A stretch of 64,000 nt of DNA from the human T2T-CHM13v2.0 reference genome, Homo sapiens. Below the pieces are notes generated by a model that worked only from the letters and a program-made list of their open reading frames with translations, searched no databases and was not told where the DNA came from. Where the stretch lies: the NCBI RefSeq assembly GCF_009914755.1, contig NC_060939.1; one strand, given 5' to 3'. Both the position numbers and the translations under genes were made by a program. Positions 49,031 through 64,000 of the stretch are shown here, in pieces (the first letter of the stretch is position 1; each line of letters starts with the position of its first letter).

Positions 49031-49565
49031 GATGACCCCTGGGTCCTTCTCTCAGCCCTGTCAGAGGCATTCAGAGGACAGGTGTCTGGGTAAGCAGGAA
49101 TGGGGCACACACCAGAAATGGGTTAAATAATTTGGGTTAAAAAGAAAGGACCAAGGAGAAGGTTCTACCTGTAAGACAGTGGCGGTAGTGGGCTTGGAGG
49201 GTAGGTGGGGGGAGCGGTTTGAGAGAAGCGGCCTGAGTGGCTTGGTGGGAATGGAAGAGAGTCAAGATCCCAGGAGAGTGAGAAGTGAGTGAGGAGGTTT
49301 TCATTGTCAGCTCTTGACTTCTCTGGATTCCCAACCATGGGACTTGCTTTGTGAGTGTAGTGGACTCAGCTTGGATCCAGCTGACTTCTGTTAGCTGAGC
49401 ATTTGATCCACCTCCTGAGCACAGGGAAGAAATATTGACTATTCTCCTCTGCTCTCTGGGCTGTCCTCTCTGACCCTACCAGACCTGCCCTAAGCCCCTA
49501 ACAGGGCATCTATCTTCCTTCCCCTTAGAAATGGGAAATGCCTCATTGAGTTGCCTGAAGAATCC

Positions 49566-50515
<950 letters not shown>

Positions 50516-51570
50516 TTCCAAATACTGAGACATAGAGAGACGAGTACAGTGCACCTCCATGTAGACATCGTGAAAGATGTTTTCCGCAGTTGCACTAAGA
50601 ACAGAATTCTAAGTTGCACCATGCTAAACTCTGCAGAAACTTGGTCCCATCTTATCTGCATGAGAGCCTTATTATTTGTCCCATTTTATAAGTGAGGAAC
50701 TGGGACCCAGAGAAGCTAAGTGACTTGGCCAAATTTACACAGCTAGTGAGGACAGAGCTGATGGCACATCCACCCCTGGCAGGGCCGCTGGACGGTGCTA
50801 CAGCCTCAGGGGTAGATAGAGCTTGGCTAGAGGCCATGGCAGGGAAGTGGGCATGTCTGTCTTAACAAGGTGCTAGCCACATGTGAGCCTGGCTCCCCTT
50901 CCAGCCTGCTTTGCTCTGAGCCGGGGCGTCACTTATCAGGAGCTAGAGGAAGAGGCAAAATCCAAGAAATCAGAAGGACCCTTATCCCCAAAGAGGGATC
51001 GTCGTGAAATGCAATAGTGTGGGCGCATAGACATTCATCTGCCATTTACGCTAGCATTTATTCATTCAGTATTTACTGAGCACTGACTCTGCACCAGCTC
51101 TGAAAATACAAAAATGAGTGAGCCAGGCCTGGCCCCTTGCCCTGTAGGGGAGACTCCTGCCTTCCTGGGTGACTGACTAGATGATCTCAGACACCTTCAT
51201 TGGAGTCTCCGTTTCCTCACATGTGAAATGGGAATAATGAGCTACTGAATTATACACTTTAAAGTGGTTAATTTCATGTTCTAGGAAGTTTATTTCAATT
51301 TTAAAAATAGGCAGAGTGATAGCCTCTGTACAGCAAGACTGTTGTGAAGATTAAGTCAGCTCATGCACATAGATGAGTGGGAGCTGCTACCTCCTTCCAT
51401 GCCCATGGGCAGGGGTAGCATTCCAAGTACTGAACAACCCAGAAGGCATAGGCAGCAATCACTGAGAAGGTCAGAGCTGAATATGGGCCTTGGTGTTGCT
51501 GTGTTTTCACAGATAGATCCCTAGACGGCTCTGGTTAGTGGGTGCTGTTTGGTCTTATGAATAGGTTTCC

Positions 51571-52010
<440 letters not shown>

Positions 52011-52907
52011 CTAATACACCTACCCTTGTAAGTGCAGGGCCAAGAATATCTGGAGAGTAACAAAAGATTAGAGACATACCCAGATCCTCCTCTTGTGCTT
52101 AAAGCCGGTGTCTTTCACTGCGGTGGGTGTCTGCAAGAGAAAGAACAGTTTGCTACTCTCGCCTTGGTAACGAGCCCTTTCTAATGACCTGCCATGTCCA
52201 AAGTTCCCACAGAAGGATGCATCAGTCCCCGTGTACCTGCTGGAGGGGAAAGGTGTGAGCAAGAGCTTTGCCCGTTGCTGCTATGAATTCACCTGAAATA
52301 AATTAATTTGCTCTGTGCTAGTTACAGGCATGTTACAAAGCTTCTTCTTTTAAAGTGGCAGCAAATGTCTCCTGATACTAATGAGGATAATTCTGGGGGA
52401 AAAAAAGTCTCTAGAAAGGTTTTTTCTTCTTCCAGAACGTTAGGCTGTCTACATCTCATTACTTGGGGAAGGTTCTCTTTCTCCTGCCTCTTCCACGTTA
52501 TTAAAAACCAGTTTGTTCCCATGTTCATGTGTGGCTACAGGATTAGACCACATGCAAGAAATTCAACAACAATTGGAACTGGGATTGGAATTGGGGTCAG
52601 ACTGGGGAGAAAAAGTCTGCCAGCTCTATTTGCAGAAACCCACATGGAAGATAAATTGCAGTGAGAAACTCTGACAGTCGAGTGAAATAATTAATACATC
52701 ACTGTGAAGTATTTGAAATCACATTCCTCAATATCATTTTCCCCATTTGGCTGCTACCAGTGAATTGAGCTGTGTGATCCTATAGTGTAGTGCTGCTCTC
52801 CCCCCAAGAAGCTCACTGGGATTAGGAAATGCTAATGAATTAGGTGGCACATGACTCTGAATATGCTATTATTACACCTACGTTACAGATAAGAGACTGA
52901 ATCATCA

Positions 52908-53263
<356 letters not shown>

Positions 53264-53989
53264 AGTCATTGGTGATGATTTGGAAGGATCCGCTGCCCTA
53301 CCCTGGCTGGTATAAATTCATAGCTTCCCCCAGGCCAAGCCTAACAGACAAAAGTGAGGGGGAATATATGTCCTGAAGTCTCTGGCCTTCAGACCTCTCC
53401 CCATTGTGTGAGGGGGGGAAAGGGGAGGCTGGGAGGAATCCTGCAGAGACAGGAGGCATCTGGGAGGACCAGTGTGGGGACTGCACACCTGCTGTTGACT
53501 GACTGTTGCTAGGAGGACAGGGTCAGATGGATTCCAAATAGAGAAACAGGCACATTGCTCCAGGGCTGCAGCTTCGGGCCCCTCGCTCAAAGTTATCTAG
53601 AAGACCTGTATGTCTTTGACATATGGCCCTGAGGGGTGTGGAGCAGGTGAGGAGGCGGGGTGCCTTGCACTTTCCCCAGTCCATTCACCTCCTATTTTGA
53701 GGCCAGGAGGATGGGACAAGCTTATGTCTCCCAAAGACTGCTGAGAAGAGACCACTCACATCGCTTTGAGCTCGGTCCAAGAGAGGAACCAGAGCTGGGA
53801 AACTTGGAGAGGTCACTGGGTCCTGAAAACGTTGTCATTTCAACCCTGGGTGGGGGGGCTTTTATGTTTGCAGGAGATGGAGGCCTGCAAGCGTCTTTGG
53901 GAAGGTGTTTCCCTAGGTTCTGGAAAAGCCACCCAGACAAGCACACACGTAGGGATGCCATCTGCCCCATGCATGTGCGGGTTCTTGAA

Positions 53990-54716
<727 letters not shown>

Positions 54717-54907
54717 ATATAGGAGATTTTCTCTCTTGAAGTCAGAAGTCAGTGAGGTTTCTTCTGGATAATATTTTTCCTAAAAACGGACCTAGACAAC
54801 CTGCAGCATCCAACTGTTGTTTGTTTTTGAGGAAATATTAATAATAAAGCTAACATTTATTGAACACTTGCTCTGTGCCTGACAATTTTCCAAGCTCTTT
54901 ACATGAA

Positions 54908-55213
<306 letters not shown>

Positions 55214-55269
55214 TGAATTAATTTAGGTAATTCTCACAAGGATATGCAGTAAATACAATTATTGCTAAT

Positions 55270-55487
55270 TTATTTTTTTTTAATTTTTTTTGAGACAGGG
55301 TCTTGCTCTGTCACCCAGGCTGGACGTACAGCAGTGCGATCATGGCTCACTGTAGCCTTGACCTGGCTCAAACGATCCTCCCGACTCGGTCTCATGATTA
55401 GCTGAAACTATAGGCACGTGTCACCATGACCAGCTAATTTATCTTGTTTTGTTTTTTTGTTGTGATGGGGTCTTGCTTTGTTGCCCA
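55270..55487 (-). mobile_element. AluJ-type, head truncated
   Basis: Antisense AluJ right arm and part of left arm. Confidence 0.88.
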
Positions 55488-55689
55488 AACTGTACATTAC
55501 TGCCATTTAATAGGTGACGAGACAGAGGCATAAAAAACTTGAGTAATTTTCCCAGCGTCTCTCAGGGAGGAAGTGGCAGAGCCAGAATTCAAATGCAAGT
55601 ATCACAAGCCATGGGGCCCCAGAGATGGGGCAGTTACCTGCTATGCTATCCTGTCTGTGTGGGGCTTTCCTGGACCAGTTTTCACAGGT

Positions 55690-56060
55690 TCATCAGTCAG
55701 GATGGGCTACTAGACCATGCTACATACAGAAGTAACCCTCAAATCTCAGTGGCTTAAAACAACAAAAGCTTATTTCTTGCTTATGCCACATAATTACTGA
55801 GGGTCAGCTGATGTGTCATCGTGGTCCTGGACAGACAGAGCTAACCCATCTGGAACACTGCCAGTTGCCATGGCAAAGAGGAAAGAGAGCATAGCCCCTA
55901 TGTATCAGCTCTTAAAGGCTTTTCCCCTAGAAAGTGGAGCTCATCACTTCTGCTCCAGTTTCACTGGCCAAAGCAAGTCACATGGCCAAGCCCAACTGCA
56001 AGAGGCTGGGACAGTGCAACCCTCCTGCAGAGAGAAGGGCTGATGAGCAGTTTGCAGAAG
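55690..56060 (-). mobile_element. MLT1K-like MaLR LTR
   Basis: AACCCTCAAATCTCAGTGGCTTAAAACAACAAAAGCTTATTTCTTGC..GGCCAAAGCAAGTCACATGGCCAAGCCCAAC. Confidence 0.7.
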
Positions 56061-56824
56061 AGGAGATGAAGCTGACTTGCAAGATGCGCATTTGTGAGCC
56101 TCAGGAAATAAGTAGAGCTGTTTGGGGGCCCAGAGGACAAAGTTTGCACAGAGTTAGGAAGATGGCTTTCCTCCCTACCTCTGCTGCAGCTCCTTAGACA
56201 GCACTGGTGGCTTCAGAAAACTCAGGATGCCCACTTATCAGGACTATTGGCATGCAAAGGGGCACATTTCTGTACCCATTGCTTTGCATATGCTGTTTCC
56301 TCTGCCTGGGTCTCTTCCCCACCCCACCTCCTCACCTACTTAGTTCCTTCATCCTTCATATCTCATCAATAAGTTCAGTTCCTCTGGGAAGTCTCTCTTA
56401 TAGCTTCCACTGGATTAGATGCCCTGCTATACTGCATAGCACCCTTTGGTTTTAATTGCCTGCACTTATTAAAGATTATCCTTGCATGTGGATCTGCATG
56501 ATAATGGGATTGTGCTTATTTTCCCAAAAAGCCTGGAAGCTTCATGAAGGCAGGCTCCAAGACTGTCTCACTCACCTTGCACCCCCAGCACCTGGCACAG
56601 TATGAGGCACATCACCAAGTCTCTCCTTAGTGCCAATGAATGCCAGTGAAGACAGGCCATGCAGTGGGGGACTGCAGCTGATAAACAGGACTGTGGGAAC
56701 ATGGGAGGTTCCCCTTCTAGGACTTCAAGAAATAATTTAGGGGAAATTTCCAGGGGTTCAGAGGTCCTGTAGCTGAGGTACAGTCAAGACAGGAGAGAGT
56801 TCATAGGAACGATAAGCAATATTT

Positions 56825-57235
56825 TATCAGAGGCCCCCCAGAACCCCTGATCCTGAGTCAAGGATCAGGAGGCAAGCAGTTTATATGAGAGGTGATCTCA
56901 AGGCCCACAGGCAGGGGACTAGGGAAGGAGGCAGGAATGGGGAGGAAGCCAGCCATTCTCGTTATCAACGTGGCCACTGGAGCACATCCTACCCAGCACA
57001 CGCATTCTGGGTGTAGTGTAAAACACATGCCTAGAGTTATCCCATCTAAGCAGTGAGGGAGCTGGGGTATTTATACACCGACTCCAGTTGATCATTGATC
57101 CAGGGTTGCTCTCAGGGGGCTGCCAAGTGGACAACGGAGATGGCTTCTGCAGCAAGAGAAAACCTCAGATGGAAATGCAGGTGCTGGCAGTTGCAGAGCA
57201 ATGGGTATGGGCAGGGCACAGTTGGCATGTGCTTC
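56825..57235 (-). mobile_element. LTR16-type ERVL LTR
   Basis: AAGCAGTTTATATGAGAGGTGATC..GGAGCTGGGGTATTTATACACC. Confidence 0.65.
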
Positions 57236-57569
57236 ACTAAGGAAGAGTCCATTTACACCATTCTCACTGTGGCATCTCCTATACTGGTGAGAGCCGAGGT
57301 TCTACTCTAAGCTTCTCAACATCCATTTTGCATTTTTTGGCTCTCTGGGAGTGCTCTGGGAAGTCCTTACATAGACTCAGGCTAGTCTGGTGTAGAATTT
57401 ACGTTTACGGCTTGGCCATATCTCTACTGCTATTTCATTCATCATTCATTATTTCACTTTACAGACCCCTCAAATGCTTACTGAATTTCTCTGTTTGGCA
57501 GGCACTGACCTAGAGGCTGGGGTACAACAATCAGATAAAGCACAATCTCTGCTTTGAAGTACTTTATAA

Positions 57570-57840
57570 AGCAGTATTTCCCAGGATTTAGAGAGGTGCT
57601 AAATGCCAAACAAGATATTTTGTTAAATAAGTTTGAAAAGCTTTGCAAAATACAACCTCTTCTTGGATAACTGCAAAGCACATTGACATATTAAAGGCTC
57701 TGAGAATGTCTGCAGAAAAGATATCTGTTTATTTTACCTAGGATTTTCCACACTTATTTGGCATTGGAGCCCTTTTCTACCAAATTGCCTTTATTAACAT
57801 CCCAAGGAACTTGAATTCTGTGGAACATACTTTGACAAAG
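57570..57840 (-). mobile_element. Charlie4-type hAT fragment
   Basis: CATATTAAAGGCTCTGAGAA..CTGCAG..CTTATTTG..TATTAACATCCC..GTGGAACATACTTTG. Confidence 0.6.
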
Positions 57841-57844
57841 TTAT

Positions 57845-58330
57845 TGGATTTCCATCCAATCCACTGAAGGCCTTAATAGAGAAAAAAAAGGGCTGAGTAA
57901 GCAAAAATTCACTCTCTGGTCTTTGAGCTGGGTCATCAGCTTCACTCTCTGGTCTTTGAGCTGGGTCATCAGCTTCACTCTCTGGTCTTTGAGCTGGGTC
58001 ATCAGCTTCACTCTCTGGTCTTTGAGCTGGGTCATCAGCTTCACTCTCTGGTCTTTGAGCTGGGTCATCAGCTTCACTCTCTGGTCTTTGAGCTGGGTCA
58101 TCAGTCCTTTGCCTTTGGAATTGGACTTGAACTGGAACTTACATTATTGCCTCTCCTGGTCTCAGGTCTTTGGCCTCAAGACTGGAACAATACCATCAGC
58201 TTTCTTGTGTGTCCAGCTTGCCAACAGCAGATCTGGGGACTTCTCAGCCTCCATTATCATGTGAGTTGCTTCTTCATCATATATGATATATCCTGTTGCT
58301 TCTGGTTCTCGGAGAACCCTAACTGATACA
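57845..58330 (+). mobile_element. MLT2 (ERVL) LTR, 5'-truncated, hosting a VNTR
   Basis: CATCCAATCCACTGAAGGCCT..GGACTTCTCAGCCTCCAT..GGAGAACCCTAACTGATACA; parallels the 25.7-kb MLT2. Confidence 0.8.
57908..58104. repeat. Minisatellite: 6 x 33 bp TTCACTCTCTGGTCTTTGAGCTGGGTCATCAGC
   Basis: Units start at 57908, 57941, 57974, 58007, 58040, 58073; identical except the last base of unit 6. Confidence 0.98.
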
Positions 58331-59327
58331 AATTTTGGCTGAGATTTTTGATGGGATGGTCCGCAGGGCCTCATGGCTCACAGGCTGCTTTATAGATGAA
58401 TAGCTACAAAGGAAATCTCGAATCCTTCACATTAATTACCTGCCCTGGGATACAGACACTATCTGTCTCCTCATGGAGTCAGAGTTCTTGGTTCTCAGAA
58501 ACATATAATTTGTATATTCATTAAAAACACTATTTATACATTCTGATGGGAAAAAGTCCAAATAATAGAAACACTGACAGTAATTACACTTAGTTTTGGA
58601 GCTAATTTTATTGAAAAATTGTCCTTAAATTGTTTCTTGACTTTGCCCTTAATCATGACGTGTTAAACACTCACAGGAAATCAGCATATGGCTCTTTAAT
58701 GAACCAGCAGTGCATGACCAAGAAGTGTGGAGGTTGGTGTTTATTTTGAGATCAAAGGGAGAAAAATGAAGCCCAGAGGTATTTGTTTTCAGAAAAAAAA
58801 AATCACACTCTTGTGTGTGAGGGTGACGGGAATCTTCTTAATTTAAGTTTTCTCCTGACTGTCCTATTTACTCCCACCACTAATCTGAATCTATAAATAG
58901 GGTTTAAATATTGCCCCTCTGGCTGTTTACTACACAGTCAATTATTTACTTTTAATTAAGAGATTTCCAAAGAGCATCCTTCCATTTCACCCTTGCAGCC
59001 AAACAACAGAGGGTGTGGCCTTTCCACAAAGAATGACTTTCTGTAACTCACATCCAAGAAAAGACACTGAAACAGGAAGAGACTAAGGAGCAGCTCCTCT
59101 CTGACTTGAAGGAAAGTCAGGCTTAATGATGATAATTTTTTCCCCCAGAACTTAAAAAAAAGCTGTATGCTCACTACGTGATGCAGGATGAGGCCCGAAT
59201 CTGGCACAATTCCTGGTCCCAGGTCTGTTCCGTTCGATCCTTGGTTGCTTCCTGCTTGCCTCCGTCCTTCACCTCCCCAAGAGTTCGGCAAAACCCTGGT
59301 TGTCGAAATGCTGTAGTGTGGATAACA

Positions 59328-59357
59328 CGCCATCTAGTGGTTAACAGGACAATTGCA
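59328..59357 (-). promoter_or_regulatory. CTCF motif with upstream module
   Basis: Minus strand TGCAA-N12-CCACTAGATGGCG; core fits CCASYAGRKGGCR. Confidence 0.6.
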
Positions 59358-59425
59358 AAAATAGCTTCACAGGTCATATGTCAAACTATTCCAAAATTGG
59401 GCTTCAGACCTCAGTTATCTATGCC

Positions 59426-59600
59426 ACTGGTCCTCAGGGTTTGCTTCACATGAAAATCACCTGAGGAGCCTTTAAAAATCTGATGTCCAGGCCGTACCCC
59501 ATCACAATTAAATCAGAATCTCTGGATGTAGGGCCCAGACATCAGCGTTTTTAAAAATCCCCAGGTGATTCCAAAGGGCAGCCAAGCTTGAGAACTGGTG
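59426..59600. mobile_element. MER5A-type hAT-Charlie MITE
   Basis: AATCACCTGAGGAGCCTTTAAAAAT..AAATCAGAATCTCTGG..CCCCAGGTGATTCC..TTGAGAAC. Confidence 0.8.
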
Positions 59601-59627
59601 ACCTTTGCAACCAAAACAATGGATTAA

Positions 59628-60033
<406 letters not shown>

Positions 60034-60118
60034 TACAGTAGTACTTTAACATTGCTTTTTCAACTTAATATGTTATGGATATCTCATATAGTCAATACGC
60101 TAGATCTAACTCATTTTC

Positions 60119-61658
60119 TTTTTAAAAAACTTTTATTTTAGGTTCAGGGGTATATGCGCAGGTTTGTTATATAGGTAAACTCATGTTATGGAGGTTTGAT
60201 GTACAGACTATTTTGTCACCCCAGTATGAAGCGTAGTTCCCAATAGTTATTTTTTTCTGATCTTCTTCCTCCTTCCTCCCTCCACCCTTAGGTGGTCCTC
60301 AGTGTCTGTTCTCTTTTTTGTGTCCATGTCTTCTCATCGTTGGACTCCCACTTATAAGTGAGAACATGCAGTATTTGGTTTTCTATTCCTGTGTTAGTTT
60401 GCTAAGGATAATGGCCTCCAGCTCCATCCATGTTTCTGCAAATGGCATGATCTTGTTCTTTTTTATGGCTGTATGGTATTTCATGGTGTATATGTACCAT
60501 ATCTTCTTTATAAAGTCTACTATTGATGGGCATTTAGGTTGATTCCATGTTTTTGCTATTGTGAATAGTGCTTCAGTGAACATAATGTGCATGTATCTTT
60601 ATAATAGAATGATTTATATTCCTTTGGGTATATACCCAGTAATGGGATTGCTGGGTCGAATGGTGGTTCTGTTTTTAGCTCTTTTGGGAATCGCCACTCT
60701 GCTTTTCACAATGGTTGAACCAATTTACACTCCCATCAACAGTGTATAAGCATTCCCTTTTCTCCACAACCTCACCAGCATCTGTTATTTTTTCACTTTT
60801 TAATAGTAGCCATTCTGACTGGTGTGAGATGGTATCTCACTGCAGTTTTTATTTGCATTTCTCAAATGATCAGTGATCTTGAGCTTTTTTTCTTACGCTT
60901 GTTGGCCACATATGTCTTCTTTTGAAAAGTGTCTATTCATGTTCTTTGCCCACTCTTTAATTAGGTTGTTTTCTCCTTATAGATGCTGAATATTAGACCT
61001 TGCAAATATTTTCTGCCATTCTGTAGGTTGTCTGTTTACTTTGTTGATAGTTTCTTTTGCTGTGCAGAAGCTCCCACATTTTATTAGATCCCATTTGTCA
61101 ATTTTTGCTTTTGTGGAAATTGCTTTTGGTGTCTTCACCATGAAATCTTTGCCAGTCCCTATATCCAGAATGGTGTTGCTTAGGTTGTCTTCCAAGGCTT
61201 TTATAGTTTTGGGTTTTACATTTAAGCCTTGAATTCATCTTGAGTTGATTTTTGCATATGGTGTAAGGAAGGGGTCTAATTTCAATCTTCTGCATATGAC
61301 TAGACAGTTATCCCAGCACCACTTATCAAACAGGGAGCTCTTTCCCCATTGCTTGTTTTTGTCAGCTTTGCCAGAGATCAGATGGTTGTAGGTATGTGGC
61401 CTTATTCAATGCTATTCCTATCAAACTACCAAGGACATTCTTCAGAGATCTAGAAAAAACTATTTAAAAATTCATATGGAACCAAAAAAGAGCGCAAATA
61501 GCTAAGGCAATCCTAACCAAAAAGAACAAAGCTGGAGGCATTACCTTACTCGACTTCACATTTTACTACAGGGCTACAGTAATCAAAACAGCATGGTACT
61601 GGTACAAAAACAGACATTTAGACCAGTGGAACAGAGCAGAGAGCCCAGAAATAAGGCC
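60119..61658 (-). mobile_element. 5'-truncated, 5'-inverted primate L1 (older L1PA-type)
   Basis: Antisense 3'UTR and ORF2 C-terminus 60119-61406 (ORF remnants [27 protein letters not shown]), then sense ORF2 piece 61404-61658. Confidence 0.9.
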
Positions 61659-61659
61659 T

Positions 61660-63150
61660 GATTTTCAATAGCTGTGAAAAATGAAAAAGCATCCGTAAAT
61701 ATGTGTCCTTTGAGGTATAACATCCACCAGTGGATTTCTTTGGTTAGATGGTGTATATGTTTGACATTTAACCAAAGCTTCTGGCCAGCGTTCTTCATCC
61801 AAAGGACAGCAATTCACTCTCCCACTAACACTGTATGAACTGTTCCATCTACACCTTCATAAGCACTGAATGCTATCAAGCTTTTTAATTCTTGCCAATA
61901 TGATTTGTGAGAAATGCTATCATGTTACCTTATAAAATACATTGCATTTCCCTGTCTAGTGAGTCTGGGGATCTTTCATTTATTGACCATTTTCATTTCC
62001 CTTCCTATGTATTGCCCAGTCACGTCCTTTCTGCATATTTCTATTGGGTAAGTTTTTTTCCTTATCAGTTCCAAGAGCTCCTTATATATTACAGATATTA
62101 ACTCAGAAATCAAGAATGTTGCAGATATTTTCCCCAATCTGTTCTTGTGTTTTAACTTTTATTACTTTTTATTTATTTATTTATTTGAGACAAGGTCTTG
62201 CTCTGTTGCCCAGGCTGGAGTGCAGTGGCCCAATCACGAACTCCTGGGCTCAGACAATTCTCCCACTTCTGCCTCCATGCCTGGCTAATTTATAAATTTT
62301 TTTTGTAAAGACAGGGTCTCCCTAGGTTGCCCTGGCTTCTCTTGGCGTCCTCAAGTGATCCTCCCACCTTGGCCTGGCAAAGTGTTGGGATTACAGTCAT
62401 GAGTCACTGCACCTGGCCATGTTTTAACTTTTTATAGTCAAGCTTGTCTTTTCTCTTCTGGATTCTAGATTTCCTGTTATGCATAAGCAATACCCCCCAC
62501 CCATGCCATGCTCCAATCTTGAAATTATACACATTTTCTCCTAAATTTATTCCATTTTTTTATTTTTCATTTAGGGTTAATTCATTCATAATGATTTTAT
62601 TCATGGCTGGAGGTGTTATTTTCCAGATCAATAACCAATTATGTTAGCAGTATTAATTAAATAAATCATCTTCTCTCCCACTGAACTAAAATGCCATCTT
62701 TATCATGTATTAAATTTGAATATATACTCAGATTTTTTTTGACTTTCTGGTCTTCTGATCTGTACACTTATTTATAAGCTAAAGTCATACAGTTTTAAAA
62801 TTATTATATTAGCTTTCTAGAAAGTTTTAATAGCTGGTAAGGGAATCCCACCCACTGTCTTTTCACAATTAAATATTTTTGTTGTCAGTTCTAAAACATT
62901 TAGAATTTCTCCAATATAAATGCTAAGTACTTTTTGTATAGCCCCAGGAAAACACCATTGATATTCTGATTGGAATTAATTTAAGGTACATATTTATTTG
63001 GAAATCACTGACATTTATGATGATTAATTCTTCCATTCAAGGACATCCTGTGTCTCACAATTAGTTGAAATATTGTTTTTACACCCTGTAACAAAATGTA
63101 TAGCTTTCTTCATGGAGGTCTCATAATTTTTGGTAAATTTTAACAGTTAA
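61660..63150 (-). mobile_element. Old L1M ORF2/3' fragments, antisense
   Basis: Degenerate antisense L1 strings (AATTCACTCTCCCACTAACACTGTATGA; TTCTTCCATTCAAGGACA). Confidence 0.6.
62166..62417 (-). mobile_element. AluJ-type with internal deletions
   Basis: Antisense AluJ; TSD TTTTAACTTTT. Confidence 0.88.
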
Positions 63151-63289
63151 TTTTTCTAAGTAAATAATATAATGGCTATACAGCACTTAACCCAAAAATC
63201 CAGTGTGTAGTAACTATTACAAATGTTAGGTATTAAAATTATTGTTGTTATTTTGATTATTAGCTTTACTTATTCTCATTGAGTAAAAT

Positions 63290-64000
<711 letters not shown>

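Noticed and set aside
57841-58264. Repeat-protein ORFs (MTQLKDQRVKL)n / (SWVISFTLWSL)n and CRISPR-like look
   Set aside because: Result of a 33-bp (11-codon) tandem unit; no spacers, no cas genes, eukaryotic LTR context

Overview
Primate (almost certainly human) genomic DNA. I find no protein-coding exon and cannot name the locus from sequence alone. The ORF track is explained by Alu, L1, a VNTR, GC-rich island sequence, one hAT transposase remnant or chance. About 49 Alu elements/fragments cover roughly a fifth of the window, alongside MIR/L2, old L1M and L1PA pieces, MaLR/ERVL LTRs and DNA transposons. The regulatory centre is a ~1.1 kb CpG island (~41.2-42.3 kb) with GC boxes, a perfect CArG box and outward-facing splice donors on both strands; it looks like a non-coding or long-first-intron promoter. 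Best leads: (1) a MIR-derived 94-nt Pol III-like cassette (perfect B-box, paired ends, T5) beside the island; (2) two apparent template-switching scars, an Alu at 48.3 kb carrying a piece copied from its neighbour and an ~800-bp shuffled block at 16 kb bounded by one TSD pair; (3) a near-complete hAT/Charlie transposase fossil at 27.3-31.5 kb; (4) an ORF1-only (HAL1-like) element nested in an old L1; (5) a perfect 6x33-bp VNTR; (6) an extended CTCF motif; (7) a twin-primed L1. There is no evidence for CRISPR, prokaryotic or new multi-gene systems. Repeat subfamily names come from recalled consensus similarity and need RepeatMasker/Dfam confirmation; most boundaries are approximate.
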